Source: Savitreella phatthalungensis (taxonomy: Eukaryota). Taken from it: a stretch of DNA of 64,000 nucleotides. The stretch is taken from assembly GCA_051599415.1 (NCBI GenBank), contig AP039715.1, positions 62,001 to 126,000 on the forward strand. The letters run 5' to 3'. Below, piece by piece: positions 49,428 to 59,462 of this stretch (the first letter of the stretch is position 1; every line of letters begins with the position of its first letter). Position numbers and translations under genes: made by a program. The notes under the pieces are model-generated. The model was not told the origin of the DNA. It made no database searches and worked only from the letters and a program-made list of their open reading frames with translations.

Positions 49428-50966
49428 TCAGTCGTTATCCACAGCGGCATCGTTCTGAGGTGCTTGTTGGTCCCCAGCTACGTTGAACCTTGGGTCAAGG
49501 CCAGGCAGGAGGGACGCGACAAAGCTTGCCATGATCGCAGTCATCACGGACCGTGGGCTATCGACAGCTCGATGACGTACTGGCTCGTGGCGATCGACAG
49601 TCTCCAGCGCTCCATTATCCACAGGCTGTTGCGCCCCGTGCTCATGCGGCCGAGCAGTGTTTGCGCCTGTCGCTCGTGCTTGCGTTGTGCCATTGTCGTG
49701 AAGGCGTTCATGTGGTTGTTCATTACGAAGGTGTTGTTGCTGTTCGGCCATCCTTCTCCTGCGATCTCTGTGCTGCGCCACGACGCCTTGAGCGCCGACA
49801 ATGTCACCCGCGAGCCTCTGTGTCCCGGCAAACAGCCTCGATAGAATACCGGACTGCCAGAGGAATATGATAATGGCGGCTGTCGCCAAGCCGAATCTCC
49901 TCCACCATGATGCATGCCCGCTCAAAAGAACTACGACGACAAACAACTTGACTGCAAGCCAGCCATGGGGCAGTGCTTCTCGAACGAACGCGATCGCACG
50001 AGCTGGATCGATGGCCAGTATGTTATGCCGATTTGCTTGGCGAGCGTTGCGCCCAAGCTCAGCAGGAGGGGCATGGAATCTTGCTGCAAAACCGAGACGG
50101 CCCGGAAGAGCCTGCTGTTGCGACTGCGCGTCCGAGAGATGGATCCCCTGTGATGCGAGCTCGGCAATAGCGGCTGGCGGCAAAACGATTGCAGCCCTCC
50201 CCGAGTTCGTTCGCACCCGAAAGCCAGAGGGACAACGAGCGGCGAAGCTCGATGCCGCTCGTGCAGTTGCTTGAGCGCGATGGCGTAGTCGGACACCTTC
50301 AGCGCGCTGATGAGCTTGTCTTTCGGCCGGCCCCGGTCTTTGCACTAGATAAGGATATCCGTTTATCAGCTGTAAATCATAGCTGTAGCCAGTATTAACA
50401 ACGCTCTCCGTTTCCGATTCCAAATCGCTTGTCGTAGCTGACGCGCGCATCGGCGCTGAGTCGGTAGAAGTGACTCTTGCAGCCGGGTCTGTTTCGTCTG
50501 CAGGCTCTTGTTGGACCACCGTAGCAGAAGCGGTGTTCGCTGATTCTTCGTCACGTACCGAGTTTTGACGGCTGCTTGCTGCCGTCTGAGAACCTTCACT
50601 GAGTCGCTGCGAAGCATCGTCAACTGCGCATCCGGCGGCGAGGGAGCGAGGAGCGCGTGCAGCCACTAGATGAATGGTAGCGTCACGCGGTACTTTCGTA
50701 TCGCGCAACGTTGCTGTATCGCGTAGCACTTGTCCACCGAAAATGAGGCGCTGTTCATGTTCTGCCAGATCGCCGCCTGTGTCATCTTGTCTCTGATTCA
50801 ATGCGGCTCGGATGCGCGACTTGATCTCGAATACCGTATCGGCTGGAGCTGCCGGGATTGCGAGCTCGCCAACAGGCCAATTAGGCGACTTGACGCGCAG
50901 TGATAATGCGATCTCGTCAACATCTTCAGTCAGACACATCCCTGCCTCTTCGTCCGCCATGACCAT
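49428..50966 (-). CDS. Ubiquitin-like-domain membrane protein, HERP/Usa1-like ERAD component
   Basis: N-terminal UBL (QRLIFGGQVLRD...TIHLV), a hydrophobic hairpin WLAVKLFVVVVLLS...IIIFLWQSG and C-terminal SFVASLLP. Confidence 0.7.
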   Translation of the reverse strand: MVMADEEAGMCLTEDVDEIALSLRVKSPNWPVGELAIPAAPADTVFEIKSRIRAALNQRQDDTGGDLAEHEQRLIFGGQVLRDTATLRDTKVPRDATIHLVAARAPRSLAAGCAVDDASQRLSEGSQTAASSRQNSVRDEESANTASATVVQQEPADETDPAARVTSTDSAPMRASATTSDLESETESVVNTGYSYDLQLINGYPYLVQRPGPAERQAHQRAEGVRLRHRAQATARAASSFAARCPSGFRVRTNSGRAAIVLPPAAIAELASQGIHLSDAQSQQQALPGRLGFAARFHAPPAELGRNARQANRHNILAIDPARAIAFVREALPHGWLAVKLFVVVVLLSGHASWWRRFGLATAAIIIFLWQSGILSRLFAGTQRLAGDIVGAQGVVAQHRDRRRRMAEQQQHLRNEQPHERLHDNGTTQARATGANTARPHEHGAQQPVDNGALETVDRHEPVRHRAVDSPRSVMTAIMASFVASLLPGLDPRFNVAGDQQAPQNDAAVDND

Positions 50967-51242
50967 TCAGTAGGAGCGCTTTCTCGTGTCAAAGTGCGCA
51001 ACGTGTCAGCTTTGAACCAGTAGCGGGGACTCTGATTTACGAAGTGGGTGCACTGCATATACTTCACTGACGTCCGTCAAGTGATCAACCTGTATGATTT
51101 AAATGAGACGATTAGCTTTATGCACGTGTTTCCGCCGCTTTGAAGTAGCTCAAAGGTATATGAGTGGCGAGCACAGCCAAACTGCACGGCTATCGAGACC
51201 ATTCAACGAGAATGGGCTGCGAGAGAGATTCGGTCATTTTTT

Positions 51243-52655
51243 CTACGAACGAGTGCCTACTCTGGCAACTCGCATGAAGGATGGAGGTATTCGCCTGAGT
51301 CTGGCGTAGAAAATGATGATGCCCGTCAGAACTGCGAGACTTCCTGCTTGGTGTGTGGCAGCAAGGGGCGTAGGTACCAAGTACCACAGAGTAGTGATAC
51401 CCAAAGTAGCCTGCATTAGAATGAGGGCTGACAAAGCCGCTCCACCACGAGTTGCGACCTTCGGTAGAAGTCCTCGCGAGCGTTGCAGCATGATCCAGCC
51501 AGCAAGACCCCATGTCAGTGTGGCCGTCGAGACTGCCAAGATGCGATGGTCAAGCTGTGCGAGCACTGGATTTTCAAACATGTTGTGAATGATTCGTGCC
51601 GCTGTTGATGACTCAGCATTGAGCGAAGGTAGTCCGATCACCAACTCGCCTGTGGGGGGGATATAGCTGTTACCCATGTATGGGAAGTCGTTGTAGATGA
51701 GCCCAGCATCAAGGCCAGCAACAAAAGCCCCAGACATGGCCGTCAAGTAAGTGAGAATGCCGAGAGCGATTGTGAAGTGCCTCAAGCGCGGAAGCTTGCT
51801 CAGCATCTTCGATTCGTTCAAGGCCAGCTTTGCATTGGCCGGCCACACCACGTTCAAGCCATTGTGTAGCATTGATAGGTACACGAGAAAAGCTGTGCCA
51901 AGATGTGCAGCCAGCCTGTACTGTGATACTCTTGGCGTCTTCAAGTCCTTCTCAAGTCCAGAAGCTACCATCCACCAGCCGATGAAGCCCTGGAATCCGA
52001 TGAGCGCCGCGATACCGCCCAGTCGGAGCTTGAAATTCAGCGGATATCGCTTTGCCACGATCATGTAAACCGCAGGAACCGCGAATACAAGGCCGATCGC
52101 CCTGCCCAACTGTCTATGTGACCACTCCATCCAGTAGATAAATTTGAATTCCTCAAGCGTGAGGTGGGCGTTGAGGATTTTGAACTCTGGCGACTGCTTG
52201 TAAAGATCAAATTCTCGCTGCCAGTCGTCTGCGTTGAGTGGCGGCAGAGCGCCAGTCACAGGCTTCCATTCAGTAATGGAGAGCCCAGATTCGGTCAGAC
52301 GGGTCAAGCCGCCCAACACAACGATGCCATAGACCAAGCCAGCGGTGCCGAGCAACCAATAGCCAACCCGCTTACCAGGCTGTTCTCGAGCTTTGGTATT
52401 TGACTGAGTGCCACTGACCGGCGCTGCAGGAATCTTGGTCGATTCGATAGTGTAACCGCCTGCGACACGGGGAAGGGATGCTGCCGTGGAATGTAGACGA
52501 GCTTGCCCGAATTGAATCCGTGCGGGCTGCCGCAGAGCACTCGCTGTAACTTGACGAGGCTGCAACGCTGCGAGCAATGAAGCTGCCGGGGACACACAAC
52601 GGGCTACTAGGCATGACCTCGACAAGCATGACCTCGGCAAGCTTGAAAGCAGCAT
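51243..52655 (-). CDS. COX15: Heme A synthase
   Basis: Arg/Ser-rich presequence, VLGGLTRLTESGLSITEWKP, YWMEWSHR, RVSQYRLAAHL, FVAGLDAG and HQAGS. Confidence 0.96.
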   Translation of the reverse strand: MLLSSLPRSCLSRSCLVARCVSPAASLLAALQPRQVTASALRQPARIQFGQARLHSTAASLPRVAGGYTIESTKIPAAPVSGTQSNTKAREQPGKRVGYWLLGTAGLVYGIVVLGGLTRLTESGLSITEWKPVTGALPPLNADDWQREFDLYKQSPEFKILNAHLTLEEFKFIYWMEWSHRQLGRAIGLVFAVPAVYMIVAKRYPLNFKLRLGGIAALIGFQGFIGWWMVASGLEKDLKTPRVSQYRLAAHLGTAFLVYLSMLHNGLNVVWPANAKLALNESKMLSKLPRLRHFTIALGILTYLTAMSGAFVAGLDAGLIYNDFPYMGNSYIPPTGELVIGLPSLNAESSTAARIIHNMFENPVLAQLDHRILAVSTATLTWGLAGWIMLQRSRGLLPKVATRGGAALSALILMQATLGITTLWYLVPTPLAATHQAGSLAVLTGIIIFYARLRRIPPSFMRVARVGTRS

Positions 52656-53006
52656 GTCTCAAATCAAAGCTTCTCTCTTCCAGAACTCTTGAGCACTATC
52701 CGACACTTTTTTTTGGGAACCACGCAAATTATGCGTACCAATGGATCGATCAAATCTGTGCTTTTGGTAAGATGACTTGTCGTCAAAATGAACACGTGAT
52801 TGAGGCGAGGATCTCCGATGCAGCATTAATCTTTGCGCTGCGCGATGCTCAGTCCTTCTTGTTGAGCATACATTCGACATCATAAAGTGGGCAGCATCTG
52901 TATTCAGCTGGCGCTCTCTCCATGTCTCAAGCTTCGTCTTTCACTCATAAAGCTCGGGCTTCTGACATGATCTTTATTATCCGTCGTCTACAATGGGATT
53001 GCAAGC

Positions 53007-53951
53007 CTATCTCAGCATCAAGTACATCCACATCAACTGCGCCAGCGCGATGGAAGCTAAGAAATAAACTTTGCGAGCTTTACCCTGTTTTCCGCTTGCG
53101 TCGTCGGTCCCCTGTAGAATCGCGGACCTGAGTGATCGAAGAACGAAGAACGCGCAGGCGAGACTCGTGTATAGGAAGACTAGCCAGTAGACAATGCCCT
53201 GGAAACCGAGCAGTCCGACAAGGTTTGTCAGAATGATCCCGACGTACTTGTAACCTGAATATGCGACGAGATCGAGGAAGAGCGCGGATGGGATACTGAG
53301 CAGATAGCATCCGAATTTGATGATACTGTTCTCCACCAGCAGGAAGGCCACGGCCCATCCAGCGGTCTCTCCAAACAAGTCGGCCTGGAACTTTCCTTGT
53401 ACGCCAGCAATGAGAGAATTTTGTAGAATGTATGTGACAACAGCCATGATCGGTATGTAGAAATCAGGCGCGTTGATGTCGTCTCGAGGATCTGCAAACG
53501 CCTCACCTCCGCCAGCTGCACTTGATGCATGATCGCGCGATGTTTCACGCTGCCGCAACCATGGTCCATGCCGCCAAGGGAATAGGAGTATGCCCAACTT
53601 ACGGAGCACGTACGTATTCGTGACGTTGAAATAGCGGCGTAAAGCTGAGGTCGAAACGTATTTGCCGACGTTAGCGTTGACGAAATTCTGCCCTGCCAAT
53701 ACGGCGGATTGTCCAACCTGAAGGCCCATTTGGGCGGCCGGTGCATTCAAGTATTCATTGAAGCCCTGTCCGTAAGCTCCGTACCCACCATAACCATTCG
53801 CCCCAGGGGAGGCTCCAAAGTTCTCTCCATGTGGGGGCGGACTTGAGATCGGGGGTACAGAGACAGGATGTTGCGGTTGTGGGGCATAAATTGGTTGCTG
53901 TCCATATAGACCTTGGCCAGGGCCTACGTTTTGTCCGCCTGGACGGTACAT
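53007..53951 (-). CDS. YIF1: Yif1/Hrf1 ER-Golgi transport membrane protein
   Basis: YFNVTNTYVLRKLGILLFPW, PRDDINAPDFYIPIMAVVTY and DLVAYSGYKY. Confidence 0.93.
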   Translation of the reverse strand: MYRPGGQNVGPGQGLYGQQPIYAPQPQHPVSVPPISSPPPHGENFGASPGANGYGGYGAYGQGFNEYLNAPAAQMGLQVGQSAVLAGQNFVNANVGKYVSTSALRRYFNVTNTYVLRKLGILLFPWRHGPWLRQRETSRDHASSAAGGGEAFADPRDDINAPDFYIPIMAVVTYILQNSLIAGVQGKFQADLFGETAGWAVAFLLVENSIIKFGCYLLSIPSALFLDLVAYSGYKYVGIILTNLVGLLGFQGIVYWLVFLYTSLACAFFVLRSLRSAILQGTDDASGKQGKARKVYFLASIALAQLMWMYLMLR

Positions 53952-54363
53952 GACAGGTCGCTTCGCAAGCTTTCAATCTGTACGGGACTATCGCTCAATA
54001 TCGATGTCGCGGCGCGTCCCGTTCCTATGTAGCTCGAGATCCAGATACTGACGTGCGTGCCAACCAAGTGAATTGAGTCAGAATCTGTGTGCGCGGGACG
54101 AAGCGACTCCATGCATACATCCGGCCATTCCATGTACTGTATACGATTCGAATTTCATCCGCAACTACAGTATTGTTGATCAATGCACGGAATTATGCAC
54201 GCTTGTGATGAAGCTCCGACCCTCTGGTCGATCGGATAATGTGTTCACCATAAGCTAAAATGATGCTCATCAGTGGCGAGACCGGCTACTAAGAGACCGC
54301 TGTGCCAGCCTGTCCAAGTCCATGTGATGCTTATTGCGTCGAAACATTCGGTCGTCTCTAGCG

Positions 54364-55509
54364 CTATGCATACAATTGAGCATACTCTTCACGGGTCAAG
54401 CCCAGAGGTATCTTCGGTGGACGAGATGGTGGAGCATCTGGCGCTGGCGGCAGAGGACGATGATGCCGTTCATACTCGTCTGGCGTTGGTGCATATGTTT
54501 CTGGTCGCAGGGTTCCGGCTGGCCTCATTGTTGGGTTCTCTTCTATGCCTTTGGGTGATCGCAAGTCGCCGAGAGCGGCGAGTCGTCGCGGACTTGCGTC
54601 TTGACCGGATAGTGATAGCGTTTTTGCGTGCACATGATCATCTCGCCATGTATGTGATTGTCGCTGCTCGACGTGCGAGAAACTCATGTGGTGCCCATGT
54701 CGCGACGGACTTGGAACGCGGTATCTGCCATGCGGACGGGCGGCATCACCGACGTTCGGTGGTAAACGTGCCGAAACGACTTGGGGACTGGGGTCACTGA
54801 AGGTCCCGTGCCGAGGGTCAAGCAGTGGCTCGACTTCCCGTAATGTTTCCGGCTCATATGATCGCATGCCTTCTGCACGTGGGCCTCTGGGTGATGGACT
54901 CGCGCGATGCTGCGCGAGCGACATTTCGACAGCCTGCGGGAAAGCTGGCATACTGCGCCGGCGATCTTGCAGCTCCCGAGGCCCGATCAGCCCGTCGAAT
55001 GATCTTCTCTTATCGCTCCACCCTTGAGCTTCTAGTCTGTGCTGCGGCACGGGTGCCGGGGCCATCAGTTGACCCCGTCCATCGACGCTCGTGGTCCCAG
55101 AATCGGGATGCTTGCCCTTCACCTTCGGTGGTCCCTCATAGTAAAATGTGAGTTCGACGTAGACCTCGCCTGCGGGCTTGTCCTTGAAGCGCAGCGGAAC
55201 CCATGCATCGTATTCTCGCTTCTGGTAGAGACTAGTCAAATCCACGGCTGCGTCTGCCACGAGATCAGGTGTGCGGGAATCTTCATTGAAGATTGAAATC
55301 CTGAGAAGGGTCTCCTCGGGACATGCCACGCTGAAGCGCATCTCGTGGTTCCATGAAGGCACTTGACCAGCGCGTTTGTCCGTCGGAGATCGCTGGCAGT
55401 CATTCCCAAGTCTTACAACGGCATAGCATGACTGTTTGCCGATTTTGCGACGGTTTGGGAGGTTGCGCGCTTTGTCTAAGATGACAATGAGCGTGCCATA
55501 GCGCGACAT
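54364..55509 (-). CDS. fic1: C2-domain cytokinesis/ingression protein, Fic1/Inn1-like
   Basis: N-terminal C2 domain (GTLIVILDKARNLPNRRKIGKQ...DKRAGQVPSWN) and a proline-rich C-terminus ending RPPKIPLG. Confidence 0.82.
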   Translation of the reverse strand: MSRYGTLIVILDKARNLPNRRKIGKQSCYAVVRLGNDCQRSPTDKRAGQVPSWNHEMRFSVACPEETLLRISIFNEDSRTPDLVADAAVDLTSLYQKREYDAWVPLRFKDKPAGEVYVELTFYYEGPPKVKGKHPDSGTTSVDGRGQLMAPAPVPQHRLEAQGWSDKRRSFDGLIGPRELQDRRRSMPAFPQAVEMSLAQHRASPSPRGPRAEGMRSYEPETLREVEPLLDPRHGTFSDPSPQVVSARLPPNVGDAARPHGRYRVPSPSRHGHHMSFSHVEQRQSHTWRDDHVHAKTLSLSGQDASPRRLAALGDLRSPKGIEENPTMRPAGTLRPETYAPTPDEYERHHRPLPPAPDAPPSRPPKIPLGLTREEYAQLYA

Positions 55510-55665
55510 GACGTGTGCCAGGCGTTGGCTCACTCCCTGATGAATTGTGTTTTGATTCGATATTTTCACGGTGCATAGTTTCTATTTTTGGAGGCCGTTG
55601 CAAATCGTCTTGATCTGCGGATGCCAAGCGTGCGGCTTAGCTCAAATCATTGGACGTGCATCGTC

Positions 55666-55687
55666 TCATGAGTTGTACAACTCATGA
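55666..55687. repeat. Perfect 22-bp palindrome TCATGAGTTGTACAACTCATGA
   Basis: Read directly, between the septin stop and the fic1 start. Confidence 0.95.
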
Positions 55688-55768
55688 ATTCAGCTACCGC
55701 TCGGGCACGACAAGTATGCGCAGTCATCACGCGTGTTGTCAAGCAGACTCAATAATCATCATCAACCG

Positions 55769-56929
55769 CTACCTCCTCCTGCCTGCACTGCCATTCTGAG
55801 AACCAATCTGTAACGACTCGAGCTCATCGCGAATTGCCTTGATCTCGTTATGCGTTGTCTCCAAGTCCTTGTTCAGGCGGTCGCGCTCGGCGATGAGCCG
55901 CTGCTCCCAAGCTCTGAATCGAGCCTCTTCCACCTTGACCTGTTCCGTGAAGCGCTTCCGCAGCTCTTCCTCCTCGAGCTTGAACTTGGGATTGTCGGCC
56001 TTGCGTACCTTTGCCTCGCCAAACTTTCTCGTCTCCATCTGTGCTGCACGGTAATTTTCGTAGTGTATCTCTTCTGTGGTTTGGATGAGATCGAGCATGT
56101 GAGTCCGCACTAGCATGCTTCGAAGCTTCTTGAAGTCGCAGTGAGATTCGTTCTCTACTTCCGCAACGCCCCAACTATACTGACGGCCTTTCACGACACG
56201 CCCATCCGCCGTCTGAACATCCTTGTCGCTGCCAATGACTGCATACGGCATGGCGGCTTCGAGCACTCGTGCATTCTCTGCCGCTGCAGGATCCTCAGAA
56301 TCAACAGGCGGTCTGAATATTTGGATGTCCTGTGCTTCCACCACTGCTCTGATGCGCTCCTTAAATTTGGCTACTTCATTGGGCGTCATGGTGTCGGCCT
56401 TGGCGATGACCGGAATCAGGTTAACGCGCGTGCCAAGTTTCTTCATGCACTCAATATCCAGGGGCTTCAATGTATGACCTGTCGGGCGAAGGAAATACAG
56501 GCAGGCGTGAACGCGAAGGTCAATTTTGTCGTCGCGCCGAGGCTGCTGCTCCTGTCGCATGAACGATTCATGCTGATCATCAAGGAATTCGACGATCGGT
56601 GCCCATGCGTCCCTATTGTTGACGTAGTCGCCGAAGCCAGGACAATCCACGACTGTCAGGTTCATCTTGAACAGCTTCTCCTCAAGTTCGGCCTTTGTGA
56701 TCTGGATCTCCACGGTCTTGTCACTCTGTTTGAGATGCCTCCTTCGGTGATCTTGGTAGTTCTTGATCGTCGTCGTGAATAGCGTGTTCAGCCATGTCGT
56801 CTTTCCGAGCCCGCTCTCTCCAGCCAGCATGATGGTGAGATTAGCTCCTTTCATCGAAATGATGCGGTGACGTTGATTTGGCAGGGACGCCAGGCCAATC
56901 TGGGGCATCCCATCTGCGACCGCGACCAT
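55769..56929 (-). CDS. CDC12: Septin, Cdc12/Spn4 group
   Basis: IGLASLPNQRH, P-loop GESGLGKTT, DCPGFGD, AKAD, GRQYSWG and a C-terminal coiled coil. Confidence 0.9.
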   Translation of the reverse strand: MVAVADGMPQIGLASLPNQRHRIISMKGANLTIMLAGESGLGKTTWLNTLFTTTIKNYQDHRRRHLKQSDKTVEIQITKAELEEKLFKMNLTVVDCPGFGDYVNNRDAWAPIVEFLDDQHESFMRQEQQPRRDDKIDLRVHACLYFLRPTGHTLKPLDIECMKKLGTRVNLIPVIAKADTMTPNEVAKFKERIRAVVEAQDIQIFRPPVDSEDPAAAENARVLEAAMPYAVIGSDKDVQTADGRVVKGRQYSWGVAEVENESHCDFKKLRSMLVRTHMLDLIQTTEEIHYENYRAAQMETRKFGEAKVRKADNPKFKLEEEELRKRFTEQVKVEEARFRAWEQRLIAERDRLNKDLETTHNEIKAIRDELESLQIGSQNGSAGRRR

Positions 56930-57280
56930 GACGATCGATTTCGAATTTGAATGGTTTGATCTGGCAAAGAAACGTCAACGATCTCAATCGCAGGCTGGGA
57001 TTCGATAAGTACGTCTGTTCGATTGTCCAGATATGCGTATCGTGTTGCGCGCCTTCGGCTTATGCTTGGGAATTACCTAGGCTGTGCAGAGTGCTCGGAG
57101 CGCGTCTCAGCTTGATCAATCGAATATCGATCTTGCCAAACACGTGACCGAGTGCGTTACATCAAATATATGACAATGATTTCGTACATGATCATATTTG
57201 GTTACGAAACTCAAAGAACGCGCTCCCCTTTGGGGGCAAATCGGCGACGTTACGGCAGTTTTGTTGCTTGAGTCCGGACA

Positions 57281-58351
57281 CTATTGAAGCTCGACATTGT
57301 CGGAGGCAGGCTGCTTCTTCAAGTGAGTCATGTCGGAACTGGCGCTCGTGCTATCGTCTAAAGATGAAAGCATACTGCTGAACCCGCGATTGACTCGTGC
57401 AGGGCGAAGTCTGGCCAATAGGTTCGAGCATGAGTCTAAGACCAGTCCGAGACCAATACTGCGCAGGCCTCGACCATAGGTGGCCAGCGCTTCGTTACCG
57501 GTGCCAAATAGCAGCGCAATGCTGTATCCGAATGCTGGCAGAACGAAAATCCACCCCGTCGGGACTTCATGTCCATAGTTGATGTACACGAGATGTTGAG
57601 TCTGCCTGTATAAACTGAGATCGTAAGGCACTGCTGTGCGCGGGTCGAAGGCTACCCTGATATAAGCAGCAAGAATTTGGAATGAAGCTGGCACAAATGC
57701 GAATAAGACGGCGAGACATACGACGATGAGACGGATGAAGCGCGAGCCGCTGATACCCGAATTGGACGACCGAAGAATATCTCGAAATTCTTGACGCTTC
57801 TTGAACAGCTGAAAGAGCACACCTGCCGCGTAAAAAGCAGCCGTCGCTGCGCAGAGTGGTCCAATCATGAAGATGACCAGTGCAGGCTTTGCAAATGGAA
57901 TGGCAAGCGCATAGCAACCAAGGACGGGGCCGATGCCATACCGTCCGTTGCGAAAGAAGACACTTTGCAAGATCTGCCAAACAAGCCACGGACCAAAGAT
58001 TATGGCTAGCTCGACGATGAGTTGCTTCTTGCGCTGCGCTTTCGTGAGGGGCACTCGAAGCCTGAGAATGTCGTACAGTTGCTTACAGATGACGACTCCC
58101 GATGATGCAATAGCAATATTTGCCGAGTTCAGGATTCGAGCAGAGATATCACAATAGCCCGGCGCAAGCGTCACCGGATTTTGCACGTTGTCCCAGATCG
58201 GGATATTGATCGTGCACAGCAGGAGTGCGACCGTCGTCCACGCGCATAGAGACACAACGCCGACATTGCGGTGCGGAATGTGAAATGCTAGTGGCACAAT
58301 GCTCGCCAGAGTCGCGAAGAGGAAGACAACGAAAGTGAACTTGTTGTACAT
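57281..58351 (-). CDS. STE3: Lipopeptide (a-factor/M-factor type) pheromone receptor GPCR, STE3/Map3 family
   Basis: Seven hydrophobic segments, IN.PIW...APGYCDI, GRYGIGPVLGC, EFRDILRSSNSGISGSRFIRL and LFGTG.EA. Confidence 0.92.
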   Translation of the reverse strand: MYNKFTFVVFLFATLASIVPLAFHIPHRNVGVVSLCAWTTVALLLCTINIPIWDNVQNPVTLAPGYCDISARILNSANIAIASSGVVICKQLYDILRLRVPLTKAQRKKQLIVELAIIFGPWLVWQILQSVFFRNGRYGIGPVLGCYALAIPFAKPALVIFMIGPLCAATAAFYAAGVLFQLFKKRQEFRDILRSSNSGISGSRFIRLIVVCLAVLFAFVPASFQILAAYIRVAFDPRTAVPYDLSLYRQTQHLVYINYGHEVPTGWIFVLPAFGYSIALLFGTGNEALATYGRGLRSIGLGLVLDSCSNLLARLRPARVNRGFSSMLSSLDDSTSASSDMTHLKKQPASDNVELQ

Positions 58352-58481
58352 CGCTTGAGGCCTTACGTGCAGGGAGACCGACGATGAGTATATAGATGCA
58401 AGTCAGAGCTATGTTCTTGCAGCTCCGGGGCAACCTGCAGATTTGTATTCAGGGCTAATTGGGCTTTGTGCTGACCGCCAC

Positions 58482-58504
58482 CCCTTGACGTCCTCATTAG
58501 GAAG
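58482..58504 (-). promoter_or_regulatory. Candidate MADS-box (Mcm1/Map1) site upstream of the receptor
   Basis: The minus strand reads CTTCCTAATGAGGACGTCAA, a one-mismatch CC(A/T)6GG about 140 nt before the ATG. TATATA lies at about 58389-58394. Confidence 0.45.
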
Positions 58505-58520
58505 TTTTTTGTGTCTCAAA

Positions 58521-59462
58521 TCAGAGTCTGAAAATGTATCTGCGGCAGGAAGGCGTACCGCATTTGCAAGCTCTGTTGACCTTGCGACGTCCCTTTGCGT
58601 GCCAATCTGGGTCGTAGTCAAAGCAGAGTTCTTCACCAGCGTCAACATTGCGAACTGTGAAGAAAGCGTTGCGATAAACCTGCGTTTGCGATGCTTGGAC
58701 AACGGCTTTGATGATCAGGTTGGGTTCACACGAGTGATTGAAAAATCGACTGACGTCGCCCTTGTGCGACGCATCGACAGTGTATTCCACAGCCTCCGTA
58801 TCCAGCGCTTCTCCCTGGCTGTAAGGATTATCCTCAATCTCAAACTTATCCAAGTCAAAAAGATAGGTCGCAGCGTCATCGGAATCCAAGATTTGACCTC
58901 GCTCTTCGGCTACTGCATTGGTCATAAGTTCTCCATTGTAAGCTGCGACGAATGTCCCTGCTCGCATGTCTTCCACAGCACGAACTCCCCATCCTCGCTC
59001 ATTGACACGAATTACCTCAAGCGGCACCGGTCGTCCTAGTGTCGCGACGCGCGTCTGACACGACCCCGCACAGGCACAATAGTCTCCACACTCGTAGATC
59101 GCGTCGTGATCGTAAAGATGGTCTTCTTTCAGCAGATCGTGCTCGTCGTAGGCCACTTTATTAACTGCCTTGCTGTGCTCCATGCAGAAGCATCCTGGCA
59201 GCGGACAGAGGTCCCGCGGACATGAACAACCCAGCAAAGTAGCGTCTGGCAAGGGCGTTCCCTTCACTGGAATGTAATCGTTGATAAATTCCGGGACAAA
59301 CCGTGGTCGCGGCTCGGCAGTCTCATAATTGCTGACGGACACGGTCGGTCCTTTGAGATTCGCGAGATTCTGGATAAATGAACGGCGACGTTCGCGTAAG
59401 CCCAACAACAGCCGGCCGCGTTCGTCGTCAGTTGTTTCAATGGGCGACAACCACGCCGTCAT
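58521..59462 (-). CDS. clr4: H3K9 methyltransferase, Clr4/DIM-5/SUV39 family, without a chromodomain (313 aa)
   Basis: Nine-Cys pre-SET, SET motifs GWGV, TYLFDLD, GDVSRFFNHSC and ELCFDY, post-SET CKCGTPSC. Confidence 0.88.
   Translation of the reverse strand: MTAWLSPIETTDDERGRLLLGLRERRRSFIQNLANLKGPTVSVSNYETAEPRPRFVPEFINDYIPVKGTPLPDATLLGCSCPRDLCPLPGCFCMEHSKAVNKVAYDEHDLLKEDHLYDHDAIYECGDYCACAGSCQTRVATLGRPVPLEVIRVNERGWGVRAVEDMRAGTFVAAYNGELMTNAVAEERGQILDSDDAATYLFDLDKFEIEDNPYSQGEALDTEAVEYTVDASHKGDVSRFFNHSCEPNLIIKAVVQASQTQVYRNAFFTVRNVDAGEELCFDYDPDWHAKGRRKVNRACKCGTPSCRRYIFRL

Noticed and set aside
56141..56782. 213-aa ORF antisense to the septin, and similar antisense ORFs over other genes
   Set aside because: These are codon-bias shadows of the real opposite-strand CDS.
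56930..58520. Search for a CAAX-ending pheromone precursor or mating-type transcription factor beside the receptor
   Set aside because: The only short ORF I found (57170-57271) ends SFVA without Cys, and no HMG or homeodomain gene is present in the window, so no MAT or P/R locus is called.
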